Shown here piece after piece: positions 37,900 to 49,054 of a stretch of DNA of 64,000 nucleotides. The notes beneath the pieces were generated by a model that worked only from the letters and a program-made list of their open reading frames with translations, ran no database searches and was not told the origin of the DNA. The stretch covers positions 1-64,000 of the forward strand of contig CDMY01000581.1 in assembly GCA_001179505.1 (NCBI GenBank), in the 5' to 3' direction. The position numbers were made by a program, and so were the translations under genes. Positions within the stretch are counted from its first letter, which is position 1, and each line of letters opens with the position of its first letter. This DNA comes from Vitrella brassicaformis CCMP3155 (lineage: Eukaryota > Protista > Chromerida).

Positions 37900-40800
37900 A
37901 TGGATTCATCAATCAGCCTCCGTGCGGTGGGCGCTGGGCTTGACCCGCTGAGCGCCCTCAGCAGACAGTTCACCGCCGCAAAGAAGCCGCCGTCTAATGC
38001 CGGCGATGCGGCAAGAGAGCCGACATCGCCCGGAGAAGAAGTGCTGCTCGAGGTAGCCACTGACAGACCGCGCGTGGCCAGGCAGATGGGCAGATGGACA
38101 CACAGGGTGGTGCAGGGCAGGCAGCCGGGGTGTTTGGATGAATCAACGCCTCGTGACACACGCCACACAGACGTTGTGTGATCTTGTCTGTGCCTTGTCT
38201 GCCTGTCTGTCTGTCTGTCTGTCTGTCTGCAGGTAACGTCAGGTGCGACGATGGGTCCGCACTCGTCCTTGCTCAGTGGCCGCACGCCGTCCCACCCTCC
38301 TCCCCCTCCAAGCCCCACATATCCACCCACACCCACACCCATACCTGCACCCGTAACCATGCCGCCACCGCAGCAGCACCACCAGCAGCAGCAGCAGTAT
38401 CAAATGCCGGAGGAAGATCGGCAGCAAACCTCTCAACCTCCCCGTCCGTTGCGTCAGGTCCCGCTGCTGCCTGGCGAGAAGGAGCACATGCGGCTGGAGC
38501 ATGCCCTGCTGTCCATTAGTGGTGGTGGGGTGCTGGACGGACGGCTGGTGCTGACGAGTGGGCGGCTGTGGTTCGAGCTGACAGACGTCCGTGTGCGAAA
38601 GGGGGAGTGGTGGGTGGAGCGGTGTGGGTACCTGGAGGTGCATCTGGGGTCTGTCGACAAGATCGAGGTGAACCCCGAGAGAAGGGGGGTGTCGGGGCGA
38701 CAGAAGGTGCTGCTCAGTGCCGTCACTGACCCACTCGTGCTAGAGGTAGGTAGGTAGGCGATAGATAGGAGGGGAGAGGGAGGCCAGATGGATGGTGGAT
38801 GGCGTCATTCGTTCATCAGGTAACGACTAAGGATGGCCGCAGGCTGCGCTTCATCATCCACGAACCGCGGAAACAGCAGGTCAGTCAGTCATCCCTTTCA
38901 TCGATCTATCCGTCCGCCCGCCCATCCGCTCGTCCATCCATCAGATAGCCCAGGAGGTGTATCGTGTGGCCTTCCCCACCCGGCTGGCGGACGTCTTCGC
39001 CCTCGACCAGCGACGCCAGACATCCAAAAACCACCCGGCGCGCACACACAAGGCGTCTCACGAGGAGACCCCCGAATCAACGGCACTCCAGCCAATGGTG
39101 CATCAGCAGCAGCAGCAGCAGCATGGCGGGCTGGGCGAGAGGGGCTGGGATGCGTGGGGCCACCATCAGGAGGATGAGAGCGGGTGGAGTCTGTATGACG
39201 CTGTCGCCGAGTACAGGAGGATGGGTGTGGAGGAGAACAGCAGGAAGAGGGAAAAGGAGGGAAGTGGTCACGGTCATGGTCTGCCGCCGCCATCCACCAG
39301 GGTAAGAGAGGGAGAGTAAAGGGGTGGCCCTGCTGTGTGTCGTTCATGGCCACCGTTGATGTGTGTCGTGTGTGCAGTTGTGTGTTCGATACACCAATTT
39401 GGACTACTCGTTGTGTGACACGTATCCCCCGGTGTTTGTGGTGCCGTCTTCCATCACTGACGACCAACTCAGACGAGTCAGTCAGGCACTCACTCACTCA
39501 CTCACTCACACACGCACACACAACATAGCCATGGATGGGTGCACGCGTGCGTCAGGTAGCTGCCTTCCGGTCTCGCGGCCGTCTGCCCGTCATGAGCTGG
39601 CGAAACCCATACACAGACGCCACGCTGTGGCGATCAAGGTAGCCAGGGGCAGACACACATGTGCAGGCTGGTGCACCCACTGCACTGGTTTGTGTGAATG
39701 TGTGTGTGTCGCGTCATTTGTGTGCCAGTCAGCCGAAGACGTCTCTGAAGCGGTGTGAGGACGACGAGCTGCTCGTGGCCCACCTGGCGGGCGGCCAAAC
39801 CGACAGGCCCCTCTTGCTCATCGACGCACGACCATTCGCTAACGCCATGGCCAACAGGGTACCCTCCCTCCCCACAGTATATATGCGGCCCATTTTGCGC
39901 ATGTGCGTGCCCACGTATGTGTGTGTAGGCTGGTGGTGCAGGGTGGGAGACTGCGCCGTACTACCGTTGCGCGGTCAAGTATGCGGGCATCCCCAACATC
40001 CACGGTGTGCGTCAGGCCTGGCAGGCCATGGTCGCCGCTGTCAACAAGGGGCTGGACGAAATGATGGAGGAGACCACACTCAATGGGGGTGGGGGCATGG
40101 CTGGGGGTGGGAGCGACATGCAAGCCATGATGAACAGCTATGCCAAATGGGGCACACAGGTACCACACACACAGAGAGAGAGAGGGAATGAGATGGATTG
40201 AGTGTTGTGGTGACCTGTGTATACTCTGCAGGTGGACAGCTCGCATTGGTACGAGTACGTGTGCATCATCCTGCATACGGCATCTGAGATGGTGGACGAG
40301 CTCCACAGCAGCGAGGGGCGTTCGGTCTTCACCCACTGCAGCGACGGGTGGGACCGCACGGCTCAGCTGACCAGTCTGTGCATGATCTGCCTCGACCCCT
40401 ACTACCGCACCATCAGAGGGCTGCTCATACTCATCGAACAAGTAAGTCAGCTTATGAGCAAGTCGTGAGCAACACATACACATGGTGCTTGTGTGTGTCA
40501 ATATATGGCAGGAGTTTCTGTCGTTTGGTCATCGGTTCCACACGCGATGCGGCCATCCGGCGCCCATCGAGTCGAGAGGGCCGCAGGGCGATGATCAACG
40601 CTCGCCAATCTTCATTCAGGTGAGGTACCCCTGCCTCCTTGTGAATGAGACGAACCGGGCCCCGGCCGCCTGCATCGCATTCCTGTTTGTTTGGTGGGCT
40701 GTGTCGTGTCGTGTCGTGTCGTGTTGTGTTGTGTTGTGTGTATGCATCAGTGGTTGGACTGCGTGTATCAGTTGTGGCATCAGCATCCGTGTGCCTTCGA

Positions 40801-41419
40801 GTTCGACGCCTCACTACTCACATGCCTCGCAGAACACGTCTACTCGTGCCAATTCGGCACATTCCTTCTCGACTCCCACAAAGTGAGTGACCCCAATTAA
40901 CCCACACAGACAGACACGCCACACATCAACCAACACATGTGCATGTGCCTCTCCTCTCCCCCCTCTGGTGTAATGTCGTTCAGGAGCGAGAGGACTTCCA
41001 CATCTCCCGCCGCACCCCCTCTCTGTGGCGTCACATCCTGGACCGCACAGACAGCTTCGCCAACCCCTTCTACAACCCTGCTTACTCGGCCACTGGGGAT
41101 GACGCACAACACACTACTGCAGGGGATGGTGTTGGTGTTGGTTTGGGTGAGCCTCTGCGGATCCACGCCAGCCTGCCGTGTATGCGGGTGTGGGGGCAGT
41201 ACTGGTTCAGGTAGGTACTCACACATCAACAGACGAATGACACACCTCGGCCGGGCCATGTGGATGCGTGTGTGTGTTGTGTGTGTGTGTTGAGTTAGGT
41301 ATCATCCGTTGCATGAGTTCTACGAGCACCGGTCCCTTCAGTACATGTATCATGACGCACGTCGGTCCATCACGACACGTATCATGACGCGCGTGGGTCC
41401 ATCACGACACGTATCATGA
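37900..41419 (+). CDS. Myotubularin-related phosphoinositide 3-phosphatase (catalytically intact) with a PH-GRAM-like N-terminal region
   Basis: CDTYPPVFVVP, FRSRGRLPVMSW, LIDARPFANAMANR, active site HCSDGWDRTAQLTSL, LDPYYRTIRG, EFLSFGHRF, QRSPIFIQ|WLDCVYQL, CQFGTFL. Confidence 0.95.
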
Positions 41420-41422
41420 CGC
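41347..41422. repeat. Minisatellite, 2.4 copies of a 32-bp unit, overlapping the myotubularin stop codon
   Basis: GTATCATGACGC(A/G)CGT(C/G)GGTCCATCACGACAC with units starting at 41347, 41379 and 41411. Confidence 0.85.
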
Positions 41423-41546
41423 TGTCCATGTGTATGTCATTGATGTCTGCGATGACTGACTGTCGCCCATAGTGGGGGGGGGGGGCATGTGTGAGCCCAT
41501 TTCGCGTGGGCATTGATGGGCTGTGGTGTGGCGTTGTGTGGACTCG

Positions 41547-42851
41547 TCACTGCTCCACCGCGGTCTTGCCAAACTGCACGTGTTTCTCCTGTTCATCGCA
41601 ATAAAACGGGCAGACACATGCACGTCCACACGCATTGTCCTCCAAATTCGCCCCTCTCAGCTCCATAGCCCTTCTCTTTGCGATTGCCTTTTTGAGAGCG
41701 CCATCGTATCCCTCCTCGTCGTCCTCCACGCAAAATGCCTGTGTTCCCCTGCGGCCGTTCTCCTGCCATTGCGCCACCCACGCCTCACGCACATACCCCT
41801 CTGGATTCGCTGGCCGGTAGTATACACCCCTCACCTGACAGACACCACACGCACACACATACGCCGACGCACACACAGCCATCTCTCTGCTCGTGTCTAC
41901 ATACGCCGGATTGATGCTCTTCGTTTGTGTGGCGCCGGTCCCCTCCGTCCGTCTGCAGTCCACATTCTCGCATCCATTCATGCCTCTGCTCCTCTGCGAG
42001 GGCCTGACGGCGCCACACCAGGGGAGATCTTATCACGCTCACCACCCGTGTCACCCCACCACCTACCTTGGCCTTGTCGAATCCATGCTGTTGCTGCGTG
42101 AAGTAGCGCTGCTGACTGTCGTCGTGTGGATGCCTGGCACACCACCGACGCTGGTACTGATGCCAGGCCACACCGGGCACCGCGGACTGGTACTCCGACA
42201 CGCGAATGTTGGTCTTGTTGAGGTCTATGATGCCCGTCGTGGGGAACGAGGGCTTCGATGCATACTGCTCAGTGAGGTGGTCCAGCTTGTCCAGGGGAGG
42301 CAACACTGCACAAACCACATCATCCTGGGCGATGCCGTCCCCCCTTTGCTGACGTGTTTGTGCCATCTCACCTCCTTCCTTGCGGAGTCGCGCGTTGCTC
42401 TCGCGGCCGAGGCGACGCTTGAGTGCCTTGTCAATGGGACGCCTGACCTTGCCTTAGGGACACACCACATCATACCAAGAAAATGCATTCCCTTTTTGTG
42501 TGAGTGGGCCGCTGCATCGACAGATCTCGCTGCAGTACCTGTGTTGCGGGCGATCTCGAACCTGCGGTCGCGGCCGAGGCGACGCTTGATGGCCTGAACC
42601 ATCCATCCATCCATCCGCAACACAGCACCATTGATTTGATGGCATCTGCTGCCGTTTTCACCCACCTTCAGTCGTGTGAATAGGTCCTCGTCGTCTGAGT
42701 CGTGGGGTCGGAAGATACGATCGAGCATCGCCGCAACATCTGCCTCCGGATCGCCCTTATCGCCCCGCCCACCTGCACCCTTCCCGGCATCTGGTGGTTC
42801 GGGCGAGGAGTCAGACAGTGCGATGTCAAAGTCACGGCCGATACGCGCCAT
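41547..42851 (-). CDS. ApiAP2-type transcription factor with two AP2 domains
   Basis: SAVPGVAWHQYQRRWCARHPHDDSQQRYFTQQQHGFDKAK|ALAEEQR and VRGVYYRP...EAWVAQWQENGRRGTQAFCV...GYDGALKKAIAKRRAME follow the apicomplexan AP2 pattern (GV...W-x-A-x-W...F...G...A...A). Confidence 0.88.
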
Positions 42852-42971
42852 TGTGTCTGCCTCTACGTCAAGAACTCACACAAAGAACGGGCCACAAGGT
42901 AAATTCGCCCGATATGTTTCACGGAATATCATCCGGGTGCTACCTTGTCTCGCAAACAAGCGCTGGAGGCG

Positions 42972-45900
42972 ATGCTGACGGAAGACGATGACGCCGGGCT
43001 CTATGAGAGCCTTCAGCCAGATGACGGGGGCACGCAGAGGGCCGGACTCCCTTGCATCCACTCCTTGAGCGACCTCAGACGACATCTGCCGGGCATGATG
43101 CTCAACGCCTTTGAAGGTGCCAGCCATGATCTGCGCGACGCCGCTCAGAAAAAGCTGCAGACTCTGGTGGATGCGGCAAACGAGGGCAAGACGGTGGGCC
43201 GGATCAAAGGCGTCAAAGAGTACCTGGCCCTCTGCTGCAAGAATCTGAGGTACGAGCATTCGCATAGACCAGCCCAGCGTGGATGCCCGTCTGCCCGTCA
43301 CCCTGGTTCTGTGTGCGGTTGTGCAGGTGTGATGATATCGCGAAGGCTGTTGCGTCCGTGGATTGGAGGGGATATGATAGGGCATATCTATGGGATGCCG
43401 CCTTCGGACACTTCTACCTCAGTGGCAAGAAGGTCAAGTATGCGCAGGAGCGAAAGTGGCACACGACAAAGGATGTCTGGCGTCCCCATCAGATGGTATG
43501 CCGACCTTAACAAGGCGACACCACACCACACGATGGGTGCCTCTGGTATGTCTGGTGACGGTGCAGGCTGAGCTGGCGGAACTCGTGGAGGAAGAGGGCA
43601 AGAAGAAGAACGACGACCGCCTCGCACAGCCATTTCGTGGCCTGCAGGAGCGCTTCACCTTCGACGGTCCTGACCTGCGTGCGAGGCTCGCTGACCTGTG
43701 TGACTCACGTGACGCGCTACTGAAGCCGTGTGAAGAGCAGGGTAAGCATCCATGCGACGGCACTCGTGTCTGCTCGTGAGGGATGTCCAAGTCCGCTGCA
43801 TTTGTGTGTGAATGTCTTCAGGTCGTGCGACGGCGAAGCGTCGAATCTGTGATTTGATTGTGGTCGCTGCCATCGTCCTGGGCACGGGGGCGCTACCTCT
43901 GGGCCTCGATCCGTATGACGAGCAGCTATCCGAATGGGCCGCACACTTCCTCACGGCATTCGCCCAGCAGCCCCTCCACAATGCTGCAGACACCCCCGTC
44001 GCTTGTGGCAGTGCAGACGTCCACATGCCGTCCGCCGAGACCTCTGATGCCAAGCGGTCACGGGAAGCTGACAAGACCAGTGAGGGAGGCCGCCCGAAGA
44101 GACGGAAGGCGCGAGAGGCCTCGTACCCTGTCGAGGTGCGGATGACGGACAGACCATCAGAGTTCTTCCCTCTCGGATCACTTTCCTCCTCGCACAGGAC
44201 CTCGACGATGAGATCGGTGACCCCGACTTCGAAGAAGAGAGTGGCGGTGAGGGATCAGGAGATGAGGGGACGCTTGGCGGTGAGGGCTTCAACACACACA
44301 AGCCCACCTGGGTCATGTCACATGTATCAGCCCAACTCTCTTTTCTCTGTCTGTGGTATGTTTACAGGGCATGAGTCAGGCACTGACCCAACAGCGATTC
44401 CACACAAACTCCGAGCTGCACTCTACGGTACGAAGTGAATGCATGCGCAAGGTTTCATGAATGTACATGTATGTGTGTGTGTGTGTATGTGTGTGTGTGT
44501 GTGTGTGTGCGTCGCTTCTCGGTGCGTGTAGACATGTGGATCATGCACATGATAGCGGTGACTCCGGGAGATTTCGATAAGCGCGCGGCAGACTATACGA
44601 TCCAGACACATCTTCCTCACTTCAAGCACAAGACCATCCGTGGCTAGCAGCACAGCGCCTTTGAAGACGGTACCCACCGACACCGGCCCTTCCATCAAAG
44701 GTCCCACACAGCACACCTACGCTCACTTCAAGTCGTCTCGCTATCGTTCAGGCGTGACCAAATACGCGGGGGCCACACTGCACCAGCTGGGGTTCAAGCG
44801 TCGGGCTCATGGGTGGATATGGTCGAACACCCTCGTGGTCTTCCCGGAGGATTCTGGCAAGCTCACCAGCCTTGCTGGAGGAGATGGACATCCGGTGACG
44901 TCTGATATGGCAACAGGTCAGTGGTCACCCCTTGTCTGTACAGTGATCGCATACTCAGCTGTGTCGTTGCGATTCACCTGTTTCAGGTGATGTGTCATTC
45001 GTGCGGTCAGACGGCCGCAACTGGGAGCTGCACGGTCGCCCGTGTCTGGTGGCAGTTGTGGAAACGCAGCACTGCGCGGAGGTGGTGTGTCGCATGCAGA
45101 TCTTTACCGTCGTCGTTGCAAGTGAGCTGACGCCCCTCATGCATTAAGGAGTGATTGGTTGAATGTTTGTGTGTGGATGACATTCAGCAAGTGGCACAGC
45201 CAGCTGGGCTGTGATTGATCTTCTCAGGAAAGTGGCCCGCAAAGCTCAGCTCGTGGTGAGTGCAATCGAGCAGATGGATGACAGCGGTAGAGTGCCCTTT
45301 CTGGCCTCCTTGTGTGTAGGTGTTCCATTTTGGGGACCGGAACAAGGAGGGCATCGATATCGCGGCGAGGATCGCTGCTGAGCTGGCGGATCTGCACGTA
45401 CCCTTCTTCTGGCTGGGGATCACTCGCAAACAGGCCGAGTCTCCGTGGCGCATAGTAGGCACGACAAGCAGATGGTATACGCTGTGTGTATGTGCATTGC
45501 ATCTGTGTGCAGAAGCGTCGGCTGGTCAATTCGCCGCTCAGCGAAAGGGACAGAAAGGCGATCGAGAGCCGGCTGAAGAAACGTGCCGGTCCAGTGGCTG
45601 AGAACATGAGTGTCATCACGAGGCGAAAGCTTCAGCAAGAGGACACTCAGGTCAGGGCAGAGTTGAGATGTAGAGGTGTTTCCCACGTGGCTGAGTGAAC
45701 ATCGCTTGTCAGGTGTGGCCATTCTTGGCACACCAATTGCAGGGCATGCTGGACTCAGGCGAGAAGACGAAGCTGAATGTAAGCCATTCTGTCGCGATCA
45801 CGACACAGACAGGCAACAGCATTTGTACATTTATGTGTCAGACGGTGCTAGACGCGGTGCCCATTGAGGAGCTCACTCCTTTTTTTGCCAAGATTGTGGA

Positions 45901-46162
45901 AAAGCGACTCATCGCGGCTCGTAAGACATCTAGCACACACACCAGCATCTGTGTGATCCGGCTATGGTGTTAGTGTGATTCATTGACAGGAAAAGGTGTG
46001 CAGCTTGATGCGGGCAGACCCGCATTGTCCGCGGTCCCGCAGCAAGTGAGGCGACTCTTGGTCGGCATCCTAGAGGACCCCAAGGCGGCTGAGCACGCCA
46101 CAAAGATCCTCGAAAGCCATGATGTGCTTGATCATTTTGGGCTACCAAGACCCCCAGCATAG
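42972..46162 (+). CDS. Divergent Spo11/DNA topoisomerase VI subunit A-like protein with a long unique N-terminal region
   Basis: Phase-consistent exons 44532-44639, 44752-44916, 44987-45121, 45188-45255, 45320-45454 and 45513 onward give a winged-helix KRAADY (Tyr at 44594), LHQLGFKRRAHGWIW, TOPRIM VAVVET, VFHFGDRNKEGIDIA, FWLGIT, PLSERDRKAIESRL and HQLQGMLDSGEKTKL. The 3' end is uncertain and may extend to 46530. Confidence 0.72.
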
Positions 46163-46986
46163 ACACCCCGAACCATACCAACAACACATTCATCGAGTTC
46201 GTCACTCTGGTGCGCGTGAGGCAGGGAGGGAGGGAGGGAGGGAAGGAGTGAGACCGCACCGCAGCCTAGCAATGTGTGACCACATCTGTCTCTCTTCTCT
46301 CTCTGTCTGTGGGGTGTGTGTGTGTGCAGGAGGTTGAGCTGGACGAGGGCGGTGCCAGTGATGATGCATCTCAGAGGCTGTGTCGCATACCCGCCTGCTG
46401 CTGCGCGGCGACATATCGCCTGCGGCCTCTGTTCAATGCGTCGGCCCTCACGCACCTCCACCACCACAACGGCCGCAACAAGAGCAGTAGCGGCCAAGAG
46501 AGGCAGCAGCCCGTACATACGGACAGCTGAGTGATAAGTAGGGCTGGTTAGTCGCTGCCTGCCTGCATCTTAAGATATCATGTCAAGGGGACGACAGACA
46601 GAGAGAGAGGCTTGTTGCAAGTGAAAGGAAGCATTAGAGTGCTTTATCAGTGAGTGCCTCACAGACAGAGATGGTCTTCTGTGTTGAGTCCTGCGTGTGT
46701 TCCGTGCTTTTCATCCTCCCGTTGTGTCCTTGGGCTCGACGTTGTTTGTTTGGGCTCTTCCAAGCTCGAAGGGCCGTCCAAACCGCGTCATGGCCAGAGG
46801 GGACAACGTGGGATGAAGAGCATGATACCATTGCCAACCAAGTGTAAACGGAAGACTCAGGAGATTGACGACCGATTATCATTCATTATCGTATGTACAC
46901 ACAACACAGTCAGTGTCCCTGTGTGTGTATCGGTCCTCACATCACAGACAGCTTTATCATGCCATGCATCATATATGCTGGCTCAT

Positions 46987-48975
46987 CTATCTCTGCACAA
47001 GAGCTCTGTGCAGCTGCTGGGCCATCCACTGCTCGGCCGTGAACGACACATCCATCGTCTTCTTGCCTGACACACAACACACACAACACACACGAGACAC
47101 ATGAGGCGCACACAGTAAGTAGCACACATGAGGGTTCACGGTCACCTTGCAAAATTCTGAATGCCTCACGGTAGGTCAGCAGTGCCAGGTACTCACTCAT
47201 CTTGACGCGCTGCAGAAGGCACAAACAACGCGACAACACTCCATGCGGCCAATCAGCGCCTTTTGATTTCCATCAAAGCTTTGTTTACCATTGCATTCAC
47301 GGCTGCCGTGTCCATGTTTGTCGCATCTTTGCCATCCGTGTCTCTCTCACCCCACCACACCACCGCCCTCCTGCTCACATCGACCTCGCCCGTGCTGCCT
47401 GCACTCTTCTCGAGCCGCTTCCGCCGCTTGGCCACTCGCTTGACGGCTTTGGTCAGCTGCGGGTCCTTCTCGTACTGCGAGTTGGCCATGATGCCCGTCA
47501 AGGTCTGCTCCCATATCGCCCACACACCACGCCACGCCTGCATAGTGGGTGGCGACACACAGAACGAAACCGACACAATCCCATCACATGGCCCGCAACT
47601 TCACTCCGCCTGCCTACCTCAAGTGCGGTAAGCATGGGTGTCTCGTCGATAAGTTTCCGGTGCAGCAGCCGAGACAGCTCGATCACCTCCTTGGGCGGGG
47701 TGTTGGGCAGGGTGCCTGGCGGAGGGGCGGGGGGCAGTACAACGCCATCAGCTGAGGGAGATGTGATGTTGTGTGGGTTGGCGGGCGCGTGCAGCTCTAT
47801 CGGCACTGTCCGCCACGACCTGTCCCACTTGGGGTGGAACCTAGCAATGAATACAACACACAGACAGGTAGATATAATGAATGGTGTCTCTATGTTGTCT
47901 GTCTGGGTGTGGTGTGGGTCGCGGTGCTCACTCACTTTGCCAGCCGCTCAGCGGTGCCGATTCGGCAGCTCCATGACATCTCGTGTCTTGGGGGCGACGT
48001 GTACCCATAGACCGTCAGCAGATGGGCGTTGGAGTGAGGCCCATACCACCCCAGCAGCTCCTCACCCGCAGCCACGTCACGGGTGGCCCGCACCCTCATT
48101 ACATCGATGTCACGTATGAACTCCCAGAGGACATTCTGCCTCGCCAGCCCATAGTCGTTGAGGAAGTCTATCACCGGGATCATTACCAGCTCGCCGTCCA
48201 CCATGAAGCTGCGGGAAGAGTGAAGCGCCACTGACTTGAAGAAGCTCTCCAGGAGGAAGCTGTCGCCCAGTAGGGAGCGGTCCGTGTCAGATACGACTCT
48301 GTTGTAGGAATCCAAGACGCCGCGCCTAAGCGTCGCCGCCCACTCGCCCTCGGGCGACCTCGATAGGTGAGTCGTCAATAGTGTCTCGTTGCCATCCTCC
48401 ACAGTGAAAGGGACGGCCGGCGTGTCAAGTGCCCGCAGATCCTTCAGCCAGACCTTCAGCCGCTCACACGGGGAGACGAGAGGGACAGCAGATGACGGCG
48501 GTGGTCTCTGTGTGGATGATGATATCGATGGTCTCCCACCTGTCCTGCACCCGCCGCTCAGCGCGTACGTGAGGAAGGCAATCACCACAGTCACCGGTCC
48601 CAGAGGCATCCTGTCGCCATCCCTCGCCACAGCAGCAGCGAGGGACGACTGCTGGGCAAGCCGGCTGACCGTCAGCATGAGCTTCTTGGGCACCTCGATG
48701 ACCGTCGTCCCCTTCGCGAGAGGCGCAGTGGTGCGGAGGCCGCGCTCCTGCGTGCTGCTTGGTGGTGTGATCTCCACATCTGGGTGCAGATAGCCATCGT
48801 TGTCCATGAGCAAGCCGCGGAAAGGGCCGATGTCATGCGGATCATACGGCTCTGACGCATCACTGTCGATGGCACGAAAGGAGGCGAAGACCCAGTCGAC
48901 AGCGTCCCGCCATTGGTGAGCGGCCAGGGCAGCCAGCACAACCACACTCACGAGGAATGAGGTCGGCAGCTTCAT
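46987..48975 (-). CDS. Rubisco-LSMT/SETD3-like SET-domain protein with an N-terminal signal peptide
   Basis: MKLPTSFLVSVVVLAALAA signal, RGLRTTAPLAKGTTVIEVPKKLMLT, SRSF...MIPVIDFLND, ATRDVAAGEELLGWYGPHSNAHLLTVYGY. Confidence 0.85.
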
Positions 48976-49054
48976 CCTCCGAACTCAACGATTAACGGCC
49001 GGCGTCTGCGAGCTTGGTGCAGACCCTTTTTCAGACTCGTATCGTATTCCAGGG

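Noticed and set aside
41347-41422. Three 12-bp direct repeats with 20-bp spacers, superficially CRISPR-like
   Set aside because: The spacers are nearly identical to each other, so this is a tandem minisatellite. The context is eukaryotic and there are no cas genes.
21555-42851. Co-occurrence of an HNH endonuclease and an AP2 gene (AP2 domains are linked to HNH-AP2 mobile endonucleases)
   Set aside because: They are 19 kb apart, separated by unrelated housekeeping genes, and neither protein contains the other's domain.
45930-46259. Minus-strand ORF with a signal-peptide-like start (MNVLLVWFGVSMLGVLVA)
   Set aside because: It lies antisense to plus-strand exons with clear GT-AG boundaries belonging to the Spo11-like gene.
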